A DNA stretch of 64,000 bases from Deltaproteobacteria bacterium (GTDB lineage: Bacteria; Desulfobacterota; GWC2-55-46), in assembly GCA_016219025.1 (NCBI GenBank), contig JACRCM010000163.1, forward strand, positions 329 through 64,328, read 5' to 3'. The notes beneath the pieces are model-generated. The model searched no databases. It saw only the letters and a program-made list of their open reading frames with translations, and was not told the DNA's origin. Both the position numbers and the translations under genes were made by a program. Every line of letters begins with the position of its first letter. Position 1 is the first letter of the stretch. This document shows, one piece after another, positions 38,243 to 46,846 of the stretch.

Positions 38243-39376
38243 ATGCCTAACATCCTCTATATTACCGTCCGCGCCGACTACGGCGGCGGCCCGGAGCACA
38301 TCCACCAGCTTATCAAAGGACTCTCGCCAAGGTTCGGCATATCCGTCGCCTGCCCCAACGAAGAGCCGTACTGGCAGGTATTTTCAAGATACGCGGACTG
38401 TATCGAGATACCCCACAGGCGGTTCTCGCTTGCGGCCTTCAACAGGCTCTATAAAGCGGTAAAGGACCGGAATATCGGCGTAATCCATTCTCAGGGCAGG
38501 GGCGCCGGCGTTTATTCAAGGCTCCTCGGGCTGCTCACCGGCGTGCCGGTCGTGCATACCTTCCAGGGCGTCCATTACCGCCATCTCGGCTTGATAAAAA
38601 AGACCGCGTACCTTGGCGTCGAGCGCGTGCTCGCGGCCATGACGTCCGTCCTGATAAATGCCTCGGAGTCCGAAAAAGAGGTCTGCGTCGAGGCCGGTCT
38701 CTACGGCGGAAAGAAGTCGCTGGTGATACCGAACGGCGTGGAGGTGCCTCCGCTTGCGCCGGGCCGGAAGGCGAAGGGGGTCTTTACGATACTCAACGTC
38801 TCAAGGCTGTCGCCGGAAAAGGGGGTTGACGTGCTCCTCGACGCCGTGTTGGCCCTCGCTGAAAAGACGCGGGAGTTCCGGGTGTTGGTGGTGGGAGACG
38901 GCCCTGAGCGCGCCGCGCTTGAGGAAAAGGCCGTTGCGCTCGGCATAGCCGATTTGGTGATGTTTCTGGGGTATGTAGATGACGTGGAGGCGCGCTTCCT
39001 GATCTCTCACCTCTATCTTACGGCCTCGCGCGGGGAGGGGATGCCGCTGACCGTGCTTGAGGCGCTGGCAAGGGGGCTTCCGGTCGTGGCCTCGAACGTC
39101 ACCGGCAACAAGGATACCGTAATCAACGGCAAGACAGGCTATCTCTTTGACATCGGCTCTCCGCAAGAGGCGGCTGATAAGATATGTTCGATAATGAAGG
39201 ACGACCGGCTCCGCTCGGAGCTTTCGAGGAACGCGCGTAAGGACGCGGTGGAGAGGTTTTCTTCGGAAAGGATGTGCGGCAACGTCGCGGCCGTTTATAT
39301 GAGGGTTCTCGGATTGGAGGCAAAGACGGTCAGCCGCCGGCCTGCCGCCATTGCCAAGGCGGCAAAGGCCAAATAA
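38243..39376 (+). CDS. Glycosyltransferase family 4 (GT-B); possibly starts at the GTG at 38219.
   Basis: C-terminal EGMPLTVLEALARGLPVVAS...G is the GT4 E-x7-E region. It is the only plus-strand gene in the window. Confidence 0.8.
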   Translation: MPNILYITVRADYGGGPEHIHQLIKGLSPRFGISVACPNEEPYWQVFSRYADCIEIPHRRFSLAAFNRLYKAVKDRNIGVIHSQGRGAGVYSRLLGLLTGVPVVHTFQGVHYRHLGLIKKTAYLGVERVLAAMTSVLINASESEKEVCVEAGLYGGKKSLVIPNGVEVPPLAPGRKAKGVFTILNVSRLSPEKGVDVLLDAVLALAEKTREFRVLVVGDGPERAALEEKAVALGIADLVMFLGYVDDVEARFLISHLYLTASRGEGMPLTVLEALARGLPVVASNVTGNKDTVINGKTGYLFDIGSPQEAADKICSIMKDDRLRSELSRNARKDAVERFSSERMCGNVAAVYMRVLGLEAKTVSRRPAAIAKAAKAK

Positions 39377-39397
39377 CTGAGGGTTGCCCCATGTTAG

Positions 39398-39481
39398 TTC
39401 GTAGGATGGGCTGAGCGTAGCGAAGCCTATCGGTTGTTACGCGCAAATGATTGATGGGCTTCGTGCCTCAGCCCATCCTAC
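39398..39481. repeat. Long inverted repeat (15-bp stem GTAGGATGGGCTGAG/CTCAGCCCATCCTAC, 54-nt loop with a nested shorter inverted repeat CGAAGCC...GGCTTCG) at a convergent gene junction.
   Basis: Read directly from the sequence. It is a possible bidirectional terminator or structured element. Confidence 0.5.
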
Positions 39482-39495
39482 CTCGCTGCCCCCGG

Positions 39496-39642
39496 TCAGT
39501 CCCAGATGGATTCCGACCTTTTGTCCGCGTCTTCTTCGGCCTTTCTCCATGCAATCCCGCCCAGGTGCAGGATGCCAATAAGGCAGGCGAGGCCGCCAAA
39601 GGCGGCTCCTGCGGCGAACGCAATGAGGTGCGATATTTCCAT
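39496..39642 (-). CDS. Possible 48-aa single-TM small protein (not in the ORF track because it is under 60 aa).
   Basis: Translates to MEISHLIAFAAGAAFGGLACLIGILHLGGIAWRKAEEDADKRSESIWD, a hydrophobic helix plus a charged tail. No clear SD. Confidence 0.25.
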   Translation of the reverse strand: MEISHLIAFAAGAAFGGLACLIGILHLGGIAWRKAEEDADKRSESIWD

Positions 39643-39718
39643 GATGCCCGTCCGGTTGAGCGCGTCTGAGTTGCACGAGAGGATTCTACTTGGAAGATAT
39701 CACAAGCGCCGGGTATTT

Positions 39719-40684
39719 TCAACCCTTCGCCAACTTGCCTCTGTCCTTCCTCTTTTTTAGAAAACGGAATATCCGCCGGGCTATGGACGTGGGGGGGACG
39801 CACAGGAGCGCGGCAAGGACGGTCTTTGCGCGCTTCTCGATGGCGAAAGACCTCATGTGCCATTCACGGTAGGAGGGGTCTCCAACCGCGATAAGGGCGT
39901 TGCCGACCATCCAGTTGACGTTCGCCTCCATCCCCCTCGCCTGCGCCTCGTTGAGCCAGCCGTTTTTTTTGAATTTCTCCAATACATGAAAGAGTTTCTT
40001 CTTCTCGGCTGCCTCATCCGAGCTTGCAGACCGCGCGTGAATCCTGTATCTGCCGAGCTTCTCCGGGATGCAGGCTATCCTGAACCTTCTGGCGATCCTC
40101 AGCCACAGGTCGTAGTCCTCGACCGTCCTTAACGCCGGGTCCTCATCGAAGAGTCCGGTATCGTCAAGGCACGCCTTTGTGACCATCACCGTAAGCGTGG
40201 CTATCCGGTTGCCTGAGAGGAGGTCGTCATAGCCGCGCGTGTTCATGCACTCGTCGGCCGGAAAGCGGAGCTGCCCGGCTGACGGGGTCTGCCCGAAGTC
40301 CTCGGCAAACCCGAAGCACAGGCCGACCGCCGGGTTTGCCTCCATGAAAGAGGTTTGCAGCTTGAGCTTGTCAGGGAGCCAGAGGTCGTCGTCGTCGCAA
40401 AACGCGACGTACTTGCCGCGCGCGCGGCCGATGCCGGCGTTTCTGTTGACGGCGATGATGCCGTTGTTGGCGTTCCTGAGGTAACCGAGGCGGCCATCTG
40501 CGATAGACCGGACGTATTCTTCCGTGCCATCAGTCGACATATTATCGACGATTATCAGCTCGAAGCCTTGGCAGGTCTGCGATAGGATGGAGGAGACCGT
40601 CTCCTTCAACATCCCGGCGCGGTTGTACGTGGTCACGACGACCGAGACGAGCGGCGGCTCGCCGGGTATCCTGCCTTTGCTCAT
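39719..40684 (-). CDS. Glycosyltransferase family 2.
   Basis: LVSVVVTTYNRAG...DGTEEY...FCDDDDLW is the GT-A DxD fold. Start at MSKG, overlapping the upstream stop as ATGA. The longer ORF N-terminus is an Arg-rich artefact. Confidence 0.8.
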   Translation of the reverse strand: MSKGRIPGEPPLVSVVVTTYNRAGMLKETVSSILSQTCQGFELIIVDNMSTDGTEEYVRSIADGRLGYLRNANNGIIAVNRNAGIGRARGKYVAFCDDDDLWLPDKLKLQTSFMEANPAVGLCFGFAEDFGQTPSAGQLRFPADECMNTRGYDDLLSGNRIATLTVMVTKACLDDTGLFDEDPALRTVEDYDLWLRIARRFRIACIPEKLGRYRIHARSASSDEAAEKKKLFHVLEKFKKNGWLNEAQARGMEANVNWMVGNALIAVGDPSYREWHMRSFAIEKRAKTVLAALLCVPPTSIARRIFRFLKKRKDRGKLAKG

Positions 40685-41640
40685 CGCGCGGCCCCGAACG
40701 CCTCTTTGCAAAGCCTGAGCGTAGCGTCTATCTCGGCATCGAAGTCTCCGGTAAGGGCGAAGCCCGTGGCCTTGAGTTTGTCGATGCGGTAGTCGAGGGC
40801 AACGGACGCTTCGCCGGGCAGGGCAGGGGGGCGCTCTATGGCAGGCGTAAATCCGAGGACGGCGGCGCTCCTCGCCGCTACCCTCTCTGTCATTGCCGCG
40901 ACGCTTATCGACGTTTCTCCGCCGAGGTTGAAGAGGCCGTTCCCGCACCTGTCAGGCGGAAGTTCGATGAGGTGCGCTATTGCGCGGCCCACGTCTTCGA
41001 GCGTGATAAAGTCGCGTTGCTGTACGCCTGAGCTTTTTAGCGCGAGGGCGCGGCCCTCCACGGCCTGACGGCACAGGTCATTTACAAGGAGCGTCCAGCG
41101 GTTGACCGACGGGACAACGGGAGCGCCGAATCCGTTTGAGAGCCTGACGGTTATGCCGGTAAGCCTCCGGCCGTCGTGAGCCGCGAGGACAAAGTCCTCG
41201 GCGGCGCGATGGGTGATGGCATAAGGGTGTACCGGGCGCGGGAGGGACTCCTCGGTTATCCTTCCGGCAAGCGGGGCGCCGTAGACGTGGGCGGTCGATA
41301 GATGGATGAACCGGGCTGCCCCCATGCGCTCGGCGGAGCGCAAGACCTTGAGCGTGCCAGTCCCGTTCACCTCAAGGGCGCCGACCGGGTCGTTGGCGCT
41401 GTCGATCTCGTTCATGGCCGCGAGGTGGATAATGCAGTCCGCGCCTTTACACGCATGGTCGAGGGACTCAGGCGAGGCGAAGTCCGTCTGGACAACCGAG
41501 GCGGACGGGCACCATGCGGGCGCGGATACGGCCCTGCCTCGCGTGCCGAGCCGCGTATTGAAGCCCTGTCCCGCGAGGAAGCGGCTCACCCTGCCTCCGA
41601 CGTATCCGAGGCCGCCGGTTAGGAGGATGGTTTGTTTCAT
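40681..41640 (-). CDS. NAD-dependent epimerase/dehydratase family protein (SDR), a likely NDP-4-keto-6-deoxyhexose reductase.
   Basis: Rossmann LLTGGLGYVGGR and catalytic YAITHRAAE (YxxxK-like). Confidence 0.65.
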   Translation of the reverse strand: MKQTILLTGGLGYVGGRVSRFLAGQGFNTRLGTRGRAVSAPAWCPSASVVQTDFASPESLDHACKGADCIIHLAAMNEIDSANDPVGALEVNGTGTLKVLRSAERMGAARFIHLSTAHVYGAPLAGRITEESLPRPVHPYAITHRAAEDFVLAAHDGRRLTGITVRLSNGFGAPVVPSVNRWTLLVNDLCRQAVEGRALALKSSGVQQRDFITLEDVGRAIAHLIELPPDRCGNGLFNLGGETSISVAAMTERVAARSAAVLGFTPAIERPPALPGEASVALDYRIDKLKATGFALTGDFDAEIDATLRLCKEAFGAAR

Positions 41641-42086
41641 CTGTGCCTTATCGCCCAGTCGTACGGGATGGATGGGTCGAACGGATCGAGCCGGTCTATC
41701 TCGTCCGGCTCATGGTGCATGTCCGCGCAGTTGGCCACTATGTTCATCTCCGTGCCGACGCCCTTGAATCCGTTCCACACGAGCGGAGGCACGGTAACGA
41801 GCTGGTAGTTGTCAGGCCCGAGGAACAGCTCCTGCACCTCTCCCTTTGTCGGGCTGCCCGCCCTGTCGTCATATAGCACGAATTTTATATTGCCGTGGGG
41901 CACGGCATAGTTGAGGGTCATGCGCCTGTGTATGTGCCAGCCCTTTATCGCGCCGGGATACACGCAGGAGAAGTATATCTCTCCGAACGCCTTGAACACG
42001 GGAGAATCGTCCCTCATCATGTGCATGACCTTGCCGCGCTCATCGAGTATCTGTTTAAGAGGCGTTATCCTTACCCCGTCTATCAT
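41637..42086 (-). CDS. Cupin-fold NDP-4-keto-6-deoxyhexose epimerase/ketoisomerase (RmlC/FdtA-like).
   Basis: 149 aa; GWHIHRR and the cupin beta-strand pattern. Sits between CDP-glucose 4,6-dehydratase and the SDR reductase. Confidence 0.6.
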   Translation of the reverse strand: MIDGVRITPLKQILDERGKVMHMMRDDSPVFKAFGEIYFSCVYPGAIKGWHIHRRMTLNYAVPHGNIKFVLYDDRAGSPTKGEVQELFLGPDNYQLVTVPPLVWNGFKGVGTEMNIVANCADMHHEPDEIDRLDPFDPSIPYDWAIRHR

Positions 42087-43159
42087 CCCGGCCCTCCCAT
42101 AAATGTCTTTATCTGTCCCCGCGATGCCTCAAGCGCGTTTGCGCCGTTTGAGACGGCCTTATACCACGCGGCCGTCTCTGCGGCCGCCGCGTCAAAACCC
42201 CATACCGGGGCCCAGCCGAGGAGAGCGCGCGCCTTGTCGCAGTTGAGGCGGAGCGTATGCGCCTCGTGCGGGCCGGGGGCCTCTTTCGACGCCCTCACTT
42301 CGCCCTTGCCCCAGCCTTCTATTATCTTTTCGGCCAAGTCCCTGACCGTCCTTACCGCCCCGTCGTCCGGCCCGAAGTTCCACGGCCCGGAGTATTTCTG
42401 AGGCTCATTCAGCAGCCGGGCCGCAAGGAGCAGATACCCGGCGAGCGGGTCGAGGACGTGCTGCCAGGGACGGACGGCATGGGGGTTTCTGAGCTCGACG
42501 GGCACCCCGGCGCGAAGCGCCCTTATGCAGTCCGGGACGATGCGGTCGGGCGACCAGTCTCCGCCGCCGATGACGTTGCCCGCCCTCACGCTCGCCGCGC
42601 CTATGCCTTCGCGTCTGCTTAAAAACGAATCCATGTATGAGGAGAAGACCAACTCAGCCGCGGCCTTTGACGCGCTATAAGGGTCGTGGCCTCCGAGCCG
42701 GTCGTTTTCCCTGTAGCCCCAGGGCCATTCGTTGTTCCTGTAGCATTTGTCGCTCGTCACGTAGACGATCGAGCGCAGGGACTCGGTAGTCCTCGCGGCC
42801 TCGAGGACGTTCACGGAGCCGCCTACGTTGGTGTCGAAGGTCTCCTTGGGCTCGTCGTAAGAGAGCCGCACGAGCGACTGCGCCGCGAGATGGAAGAGGA
42901 CGTCCGGCTTGAAGTCGTCGAAGACCTTCGTAAGCGCGCTCAAATCCCGGATGTCGCCGTCGGCGTGGCGTATCAGGCGGTTAAGACCGATGAGGTTGTA
43001 GTGGTCGTCCCCGCGCTTGGGCGGCAGGGAAACCCCCGCGACCTCTGCCCCAAGCTCATGGAGCCACAGGCAGAGCCACGAGCCTTTGAAACCCGTGTCC
43101 CCGGTGACGAGCGCCCGCTTGCCTTTGAATAGGCCGTAGAACGATTGCCGGGTCATCAT
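42083..43159 (-). CDS. rfbG: CDP-glucose 4,6-dehydratase.
   Basis: Close motif-by-motif match to Salmonella RfbG (VTGHTGFKGSWLSLWL..., DIRD, SDKCY..EW.WGYRE, DPYS.SK). Confidence 0.85.
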   Translation of the reverse strand: MMTRQSFYGLFKGKRALVTGDTGFKGSWLCLWLHELGAEVAGVSLPPKRGDDHYNLIGLNRLIRHADGDIRDLSALTKVFDDFKPDVLFHLAAQSLVRLSYDEPKETFDTNVGGSVNVLEAARTTESLRSIVYVTSDKCYRNNEWPWGYRENDRLGGHDPYSASKAAAELVFSSYMDSFLSRREGIGAASVRAGNVIGGGDWSPDRIVPDCIRALRAGVPVELRNPHAVRPWQHVLDPLAGYLLLAARLLNEPQKYSGPWNFGPDDGAVRTVRDLAEKIIEGWGKGEVRASKEAPGPHEAHTLRLNCDKARALLGWAPVWGFDAAAAETAAWYKAVSNGANALEASRGQIKTFMGGPG

Positions 43160-43163
43160 ATCC

Positions 43164-43946
43164 TTACCATTTCATCCACGGCGCCTTGCCGGCGGCGGCC
43201 AGGCCGTTGAGATACGCATAGTCCCTGTAGGTGTCCATGGGCTGCCAGAACCCGTCGTGCTCCCAGACCATCATCTGACCGTCTTTTACGAGGCCGCGCA
43301 TCGGCCCCTGCTCGAAGACGAGGCCGTCGCCGGCGTCGAGGTAATCGAATATCTCTTTGCGGCATACGAAGAAGCCGCCCGATATCCTGCCTCCGGTGGC
43401 CTGCGGCTTTTCGTTGAACTCCGTCACCCGGCCAGACGGGTCGCTCATCAGTTCCCCGAACCTGCCCGGGGGCCTTACGCCCGTGACGGTCATTACCCTG
43501 CCGTGCGAGAGGTGGAAGTCAACGAGCCTTTTTATGTCGACGTCGCCGACCCCGTCCCCGTAGGTCAGGAGGAAATTGTCCTCGCCTTCAAGATATCTCC
43601 CGGCCCGCCTGACCCTTGCGCCGGTCATGGACGAGGCGCCGGTCTCGGCCAGGGTTATCTCCCAGTCGGATTCGTCATGGGCCGTGTGGTAGACGGTTCG
43701 CTTCGCCTGGCCGAGGCTCAGGGTAAAGTCCCGCGTGTGCGCCTCGTAGTTCAGGAAAAAGTCCTTTATGACCTGGCCCTTGTGTCCGAGGCACAGGACG
43801 AACTTCTTGTGGCCGTAGAGCGAATAATACTTCATGATGTGCCAGAGTATCGGGTACCCGGCCACCGGTATCATGGGCTTGGGGATGTCGTCGGCGACGT
43901 CCCTTATGCGCGTGCCCTGTCCCCCGCACAGGATTGCGACCTTCAT
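43164..43946 (-). CDS. rfbF: Glucose-1-phosphate cytidylyltransferase.
   Basis: MKVAILCGGQGTRI...KPM..V.G.PILWHIMK.YS..G...F closely parallels Salmonella RfbF. Confidence 0.85.
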   Translation of the reverse strand: MKVAILCGGQGTRIRDVADDIPKPMIPVAGYPILWHIMKYYSLYGHKKFVLCLGHKGQVIKDFFLNYEAHTRDFTLSLGQAKRTVYHTAHDESDWEITLAETGASSMTGARVRRAGRYLEGEDNFLLTYGDGVGDVDIKRLVDFHLSHGRVMTVTGVRPPGRFGELMSDPSGRVTEFNEKPQATGGRISGGFFVCRKEIFDYLDAGDGLVFEQGPMRGLVKDGQMMVWEHDGFWQPMDTYRDYAYLNGLAAAGKAPWMKW

Positions 43947-45160
43947 TGCTTCCTCCTCAATTCATCCCGCAACAGCCCCGCCTCGCCGAAGGTCTTTTTC
44001 AGGCTGGCGTCCATGGCCTTCAGGGTGAACTCCTTTAAGAAACGCGCCCGCGCGTTCCGCCCAAGCCTATTGCGAAGGGCCTCGTCGGTCATCAGGCGCT
44101 CTATGGCGTCCGCAAGCGCGCCGGTATCGCCTGTCGCCACGAGGAGGCCGTCTCTGCCGTCGGTTATGGCCTCCGGGATGCCTCCGACGCTGCTTGCGGC
44201 TATGGCCTTGCCGGCCCGCATCGCCTCCAAGATACTATAAGGGAAGCCCTCTTGCAACGACGGGAATACGTAGATGTCGATCGCATCCATGAGCGCCCGC
44301 GTATCCCCCGCGTAATAGCCGGGCAGGTCTATGCGCCCCTTGAGGCCGGATTCCCTTGCGCGCCTTTCAAGCTCGTCCTGCGCGTCGCCCTTGCCGATGA
44401 GCACAAGCCTTGTGTCCGGATATCCTGCGGCAAGCCTTATGAACGCATCGAGGAGAAACGTCACGCCCTTCGCCCTGTCAGTGCGGGCGATGCAGCCTAT
44501 GGTCAGCCCCTTGCCCGCGTGCGTCTTCTTTTCAGGGGCGATATCCTCCAGGCCGTTGTAGACCACCACGGCCTTGCCAATGGGCAGTCCCCTCGCCGAG
44601 GCAAGAGCGGCGGCTATGGCCCCGGCGTTTACCACCACGGCCTTTGCCGACCACCACACCAGGGCGTCGGTCGCGGCCTCGTAGACCGCGAGGATCCCGC
44701 CCCGCCTCTTCATCGGCGTGCTCACGACGCTGAGGACGGCCGGGACGCCGAGCATCCGGCTGGCCACGGTCATGGCGAGGCACGCCCTGCCGCCCGGATA
44801 CCCGCCGTTGCAGCTCAAGACCGCCGTGGGCCTGAACCTGAGTATATAACGGGCCGACGCGAAGATATTATACAAAAATAAGAGCGGCTCCAGAAGGAAA
44901 AACGGCAGTCCTATGAGCCTTCGCGCAAGCGCCGGCAGGCGCGCGGCCGCGTTGTCGACGCGGGCCTTGGTGATGAAATGGACTGACCTTATATCCGCCT
45001 TGCCCGCGAGCCGGGGAGCGTCCTCCGGGTAGATGCCGCCGGGGTTCGATGTGATGACAACCGCGTCAAACTCAGCTGACAACGAATTGACCGCGTCTAT
45101 AAGATAGCGGTTGCCGCCGCCGCGCGCGTAGTTTTCGGTGAAGACGAGGAGCCGTTTCAA
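43943..45160 (-). CDS. Glycosyltransferase family 4. The start is uncertain: a TTG at 45160 overlapping the upstream stop, or an ATG at 45214.
   Basis: C-terminal GT4 motif region FPSLQEGFPYSILEAMRAGKAIAASSVGGIPE. Confidence 0.75.
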   Translation of the reverse strand: MKRLLVFTENYARGGGNRYLIDAVNSLSAEFDAVVITSNPGGIYPEDAPRLAGKADIRSVHFITKARVDNAAARLPALARRLIGLPFFLLEPLLFLYNIFASARYILRFRPTAVLSCNGGYPGGRACLAMTVASRMLGVPAVLSVVSTPMKRRGGILAVYEAATDALVWWSAKAVVVNAGAIAAALASARGLPIGKAVVVYNGLEDIAPEKKTHAGKGLTIGCIARTDRAKGVTFLLDAFIRLAAGYPDTRLVLIGKGDAQDELERRARESGLKGRIDLPGYYAGDTRALMDAIDIYVFPSLQEGFPYSILEAMRAGKAIAASSVGGIPEAITDGRDGLLVATGDTGALADAIERLMTDEALRNRLGRNARARFLKEFTLKAMDASLKKTFGEAGLLRDELRRKQ

Positions 45161-45948
45161 TCGGTTATCCGTCCGCCCTTTTTGCAGATCAAAAGCATGT
45201 AAGAACTGAACCAACCGGAATTTATCGAATCGAATATCCGCGGACGCCGCGCATGGCGTCCGAGCCGCAAGGCCGTCTTTACGATGAACCGTAAGGGCGT
45301 CCTTGCGCGCTCCGGCGGTATCGGCAGCGCCGGTTCGAACGACCCGATGTAGCCGAGGTATTTTATCTCAAGCCTGTGCCGTTGGGCGGCCTCTTTGAAC
45401 CAATCCAGACTCATTATGCCGAGGTTGTGCTTGTCCAGTATGGTCTTATCGAGCATCGATTGCAGGGGCCGGTATATCCCCCGGAAGTTCGGCACGCCGA
45501 GCACGAGCATGGCCCCGGGCTTGCACCACTCAAGGTGGCGCGAGATTACCGCATCGACGTCGTTGAAGTGCTCGATAAAGCCGAAGGACGCGACCACGTC
45601 AAAACGCGGAGCGGGACTCAGTTTGAAGAAATCCCCGCTCAATATTTCGCCGTAATCGACGCCGAGCATGCCGAGGTTCCTGATAGTCGCGCTCATCCCG
45701 GCCTCGGAATACTCTATGCCGCTCGGCTTTAGCCCAAGCTCTTTTGTCATGAACACGAGCCACTTGCCCGGGGCGCACCCGATCTCAAGGGCGCTGCCCG
45801 CGCAACCGGCGAGATGCTTCCTGAGCGCGGCGGCAAGGCATCGGTCAAAGGAGTCCTTCTCGTCCACTTCGCTGGGCAGCCTCAGCTTCGCCCAGTATGC
45901 GTCCCAGAACCTGGCGTCCGTCAGTTCCACTCTAAAAGCCCCCGGCAA
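45157..45948 (-). CDS. Class I SAM-dependent methyltransferase.
   Basis: Motif I LEIGCAPGKW and acidic post-I FGFIEHF. Possible sugar O/N-methyltransferase in the glycan cluster. Confidence 0.65.
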   Translation of the reverse strand: MPGAFRVELTDARFWDAYWAKLRLPSEVDEKDSFDRCLAAALRKHLAGCAGSALEIGCAPGKWLVFMTKELGLKPSGIEYSEAGMSATIRNLGMLGVDYGEILSGDFFKLSPAPRFDVVASFGFIEHFNDVDAVISRHLEWCKPGAMLVLGVPNFRGIYRPLQSMLDKTILDKHNLGIMSLDWFKEAAQRHRLEIKYLGYIGSFEPALPIPPERARTPLRFIVKTALRLGRHARRPRIFDSINSGWFSSYMLLICKKGGRITD

Positions 45949-46846
45949 TGGCCTCGACGCTCTCTTTAAGGCTCACAGACGGCGTCCAGCCCGTCTCCTC
46001 GCGCATCTTCGCGTTCGCCCCGTAGATGTCGTCTATATCGGCATCCTTGACGCGCTCAGGGTCTACGGTCACGGAGACCTTCAAGCCGGCCGTCTCTATC
46101 ATCATCTCAAGGATCTCCCGCATTGAAACCGACGTCCCGGAGCAGATATTGTAGGTCTCGCCGCTCCTACCCTTATCCGCCAGACCGGCGAGCGCGGAGC
46201 AGGCGTCGGTCACGTCTATGAAGTCGCGCCTTGGTTTGAGGTTTCCGACCGAAAGCGCCGGCGGCAGTTCCCCGGCCTTGATCCGGCGCAATTGTTCCGC
46301 GAACGCGCCTATGGAGAGGCCGGGGTGCGCGCCCTTTCCCATGACGTTGAATATCCGTCCAATTATCACGTCAACGCCCTGCGCCGCGTAATACCGCGCA
46401 ACGGCCGTCTGCCAGACCTTTGACACGCCGTAGGGAGAGACCGGGTTGGGCGCTTGCGTCTCGGTCAATGGAAGGTCGCAAGGCGATACCCTGCCGTATT
46501 CCGCGGCGGAACCCGGCACCACGACCCTTGCGTCCAACCCGGCCTCTTTTACCGCCTCAAGCACGTTGATTGTGGCCTCGACGTTGCCCCTGTAATGTCC
46601 TTCCCAGTCTTTGGAAAATATCACGCCCGCGAGGTGAAAGACCACGTCCGGCCGTATCTCCTTGAATGCGGCGCAAACCGCCTCCCTTTGCAGGAGGTCG
46701 ATGGAGAGCGGATGCGCCGCGCCTTCCGGCGGCCTTATGTCCAATGAGAAGAGCCTTGCGCCGGGATGCGTTGCGGCGATGTGCGGCCCGAGGCGCGTCC
46801 CGATGAACCCGGCGGCGCCGGTTATGACGATGGTCTTACCGTTCAT
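45932..46846 (-). CDS. NAD-dependent epimerase/dehydratase (SDR) family protein.
   Basis: IVITGAAGFIGTRL Rossmann motif and YGVSKVW catalytic YxxxK. Confidence 0.7.
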   Translation of the reverse strand: MNGKTIVITGAAGFIGTRLGPHIAATHPGARLFSLDIRPPEGAAHPLSIDLLQREAVCAAFKEIRPDVVFHLAGVIFSKDWEGHYRGNVEATINVLEAVKEAGLDARVVVPGSAAEYGRVSPCDLPLTETQAPNPVSPYGVSKVWQTAVARYYAAQGVDVIIGRIFNVMGKGAHPGLSIGAFAEQLRRIKAGELPPALSVGNLKPRRDFIDVTDACSALAGLADKGRSGETYNICSGTSVSMREILEMMIETAGLKVSVTVDPERVKDADIDDIYGANAKMREETGWTPSVSLKESVEAIAGGF

